A stretch of DNA of 38,331 nt, from the IMG/VR virus record IMGVR_UViG_3300005341_000003. One strand, written 5' to 3'. A program made the translations under genes and the position numbers. The notes under the pieces are model-generated. The model did no database searches, was not told the origin of the DNA, and saw nothing but the letters and a program-made list of their open reading frames with translations. Source of the DNA: a virus. Of this stretch, positions 37,322-38,331 are shown piece by piece (the stretch's first letter is position 1; each line of letters starts with the position of its first letter).

Positions 37322-38026
37322 ATGATCGAGATTTTGCACCGGTACACGAAGGCGGTTTTGTACAAGGCTGAAGCTGCTGAATCCGTGAAGGATGCAGTGG
37401 CGGAGGCGGTCAGATCCGACGCGAACCTGGGCGGCGCGGACCTGCGCGGCGCGAACCTGGGCGACGCGAACCTGCGCGGCGCGAACCTGCGCGGCGCGAA
37501 CCTGTACGACGCGAACCTGTACGACGCGGACCTGGGCGGCGCGGACCTGCGCGGCGCGAACCTGCGCGGCGCGGACCTGCGCGGCGCGGACCTGTACGGC
37601 GCGAACCTGCGCGGCGCGGACCTGCGCGGCGCGGACCTGTACGGCGCGAACCTGCGCGGCGCGGACCTGGGCGGCGCGGACCTGGGCGATCTGCGAAATT
37701 CGATGCTTGGGGGCGACGCGCCCGATGCTATCGAGCTACGCGCCAAGGTCGCGGCCCACATCGAAGCTCACCCGGAGCTGCATGACCAGAGCGAATGGGG
37801 CGACGGAAAGCCCGACCCCACATGCGGGACACCGTGTTGCGTCGCGGGGTGGGCGTGTCACCTGGGCGGTGGCGATCGCGGGCTCGGCGTGGCGACGGCG
37901 GCTACGCTGTTGCTCACGGCTCCGGGTGTCGATAACCCGAGCTTCGACGCTGGAGTCTCGCGCGAGGAGATTCTGCGCGTGCTGCGGCAGGTGCCGGCGA
38001 CTGGCGCGGAAGGCGGTGCTTCGTGA
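37322..38026 (+). CDS. Pentapeptide-repeat protein with a C-terminal Cys-rich domain
   Basis: ATG 37322 has AAAGGCGGAG upstream. It has 19 consecutive A(D/N)LxG-type pentapeptides, then [35 protein letters not shown]. Confidence 0.9.
   Translation: MIEILHRYTKAVLYKAEAAESVKDAVAEAVRSDANLGGADLRGANLGDANLRGANLRGANLYDANLYDADLGGADLRGANLRGADLRGADLYGANLRGADLRGADLYGANLRGADLGGADLGDLRNSMLGGDAPDAIELRAKVAAHIEAHPELHDQSEWGDGKPDPTCGTPCCVAGWACHLGGGDRGLGVATAATLLLTAPGVDNPSFDAGVSREEILRVLRQVPATGAEGGAS
37418..37702 (+). repeat. 15-nt tandem coding repeat (about 19 units) encoding the pentapeptide array, including an exact 45-nt tandem duplication
   Basis: The unit is gcgRacctgNNcgRc. 37553..37597 is identical to 37598..37642 ([15 protein letters not shown], twice). 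Confidence 0.92.
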
Positions 38027-38286
38027 GCTACGTGTATGCAGCGGAGCGCGCGGAGATATTCACCGAATCTGGGCAGATCGCGTTCCTGAAGATTCGCGAC
38101 AACGCGCATCGTATTATCAAGGCGAGCGGCGCGGCGACGATGGGGAAGCTGATGATCGGGACCGGAAGCAGCTGGACCCTCATGGCTTGCGTGCATCGAC
38201 TGGTCGAGATCGGTGAGCTGAAAAGCATCTGGGACTGCGGCGCAGGCCAGGACGAGGTTTTCATCGCCGGATCGAAGTTCCCATGA
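38023..38286 (+). CDS. Hypothetical protein (87 aa)
   Basis: GTG 38023 overlaps the upstream stop (GTGA). The gene runs into the terminal repeat. Confidence 0.55.
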   Translation: MSYVYAAERAEIFTESGQIAFLKIRDNAHRIIKASGAATMGKLMIGTGSSWTLMACVHRLVEIGELKSIWDCGAGQDEVFIAGSKFP

Positions 38287-38331
38287 CCGAGCAGCAAATC
38301 GCAATCTCGCTCGCGGCGCTGGCGTTGGCGA
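38212..38331. repeat. Exact 120-bp direct repeat of the window start (1..120)
   Basis: See the feature at 1..120. Confidence 0.95.
38283..38331 (+). CDS. 5' part of the small membrane protein gene (duplicate of 72..120, truncated by the window end)
   Basis: Identical to 72..120. Confidence 0.4.
   Translation, partial: MTEQQIAISLAALALA

Noticed and set aside
37418-37702. Regular short tandem repeats that could be mistaken for a CRISPR array or a minisatellite
   Set aside because: The period is 15 nt with no spacers. The repeats lie in frame inside a long ORF and encode A(D/N)LxG pentapeptides. This is a coding pentapeptide-repeat array.

Overview
The window is one complete GC-rich temperate phage genome of about 38.2 kb. 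The first 120 nt (1..120) are repeated exactly at 38212..38331, so the record closes on itself, either as a circular assembly or through terminal redundancy. Coding density is very high. Most neighbouring genes share start/stop overlaps (ATGA, GTGA, TGATG), and I used these to fix start codons and to recover several ORFs below the 60-aa cutoff of the ORF track.

There are four transcription blocks.

1. Rightward early block (36570 -> wraps -> 7888):
- Cro-like HTH and two further HTH proteins
- a pentapeptide-repeat protein
- small proteins
- excisionase-like HTH, tyrosine integrase, and an attP made of the 3' part of a tRNA-His gene
- T5orf172/GIY-YIG-like protein, HNH endonuclease, ERCC4-type nuclease
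- a minimal C5-methyltransferase-like protein and a Cys-rich zinc-ribbon protein
- a D5/P4-type SF3 helicase, followed by an iteron-like AT-rich region

2. Leftward block (12125 -> 8088):
- GroES-like co-chaperonin
- small and large terminase subunits
- two secreted Cys-rich moron-like proteins, one of them a lipoprotein

3. Rightward late block (12268 -> 32023):
- portal, scaffold, major capsid
- podovirus-like tail and ejection proteins, with no tape measure, tube or sheath
- a fibre-like protein with an S74 chaperone-like region
- a lysis cassette with spanin-like genes, which suggests a diderm host

4. Leftward early block (36485 -> 31998):
- CI-like repressor
- many small proteins
- a RecT-like annealing protein

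No rRNA gene, complete tRNA gene, CRISPR array, reverse transcriptase or transposase was seen.

The observations I rate most interesting are:
- the early pentapeptide-repeat protein, a possible DNA mimic
- a symmetric immunity switch that looks leaderless, built from 21-bp perfect inverted promoter/operator modules
- an attP core lying inside the only canonical reading frame of the T5orf172 gene
- a C5-MTase-like protein lacking a target-recognition domain
- an iteron-like candidate origin
- a tail protein carrying multiple copies of the S74 cleavage motif

Functional calls rest on motifs I recognised by eye, not on database searches.
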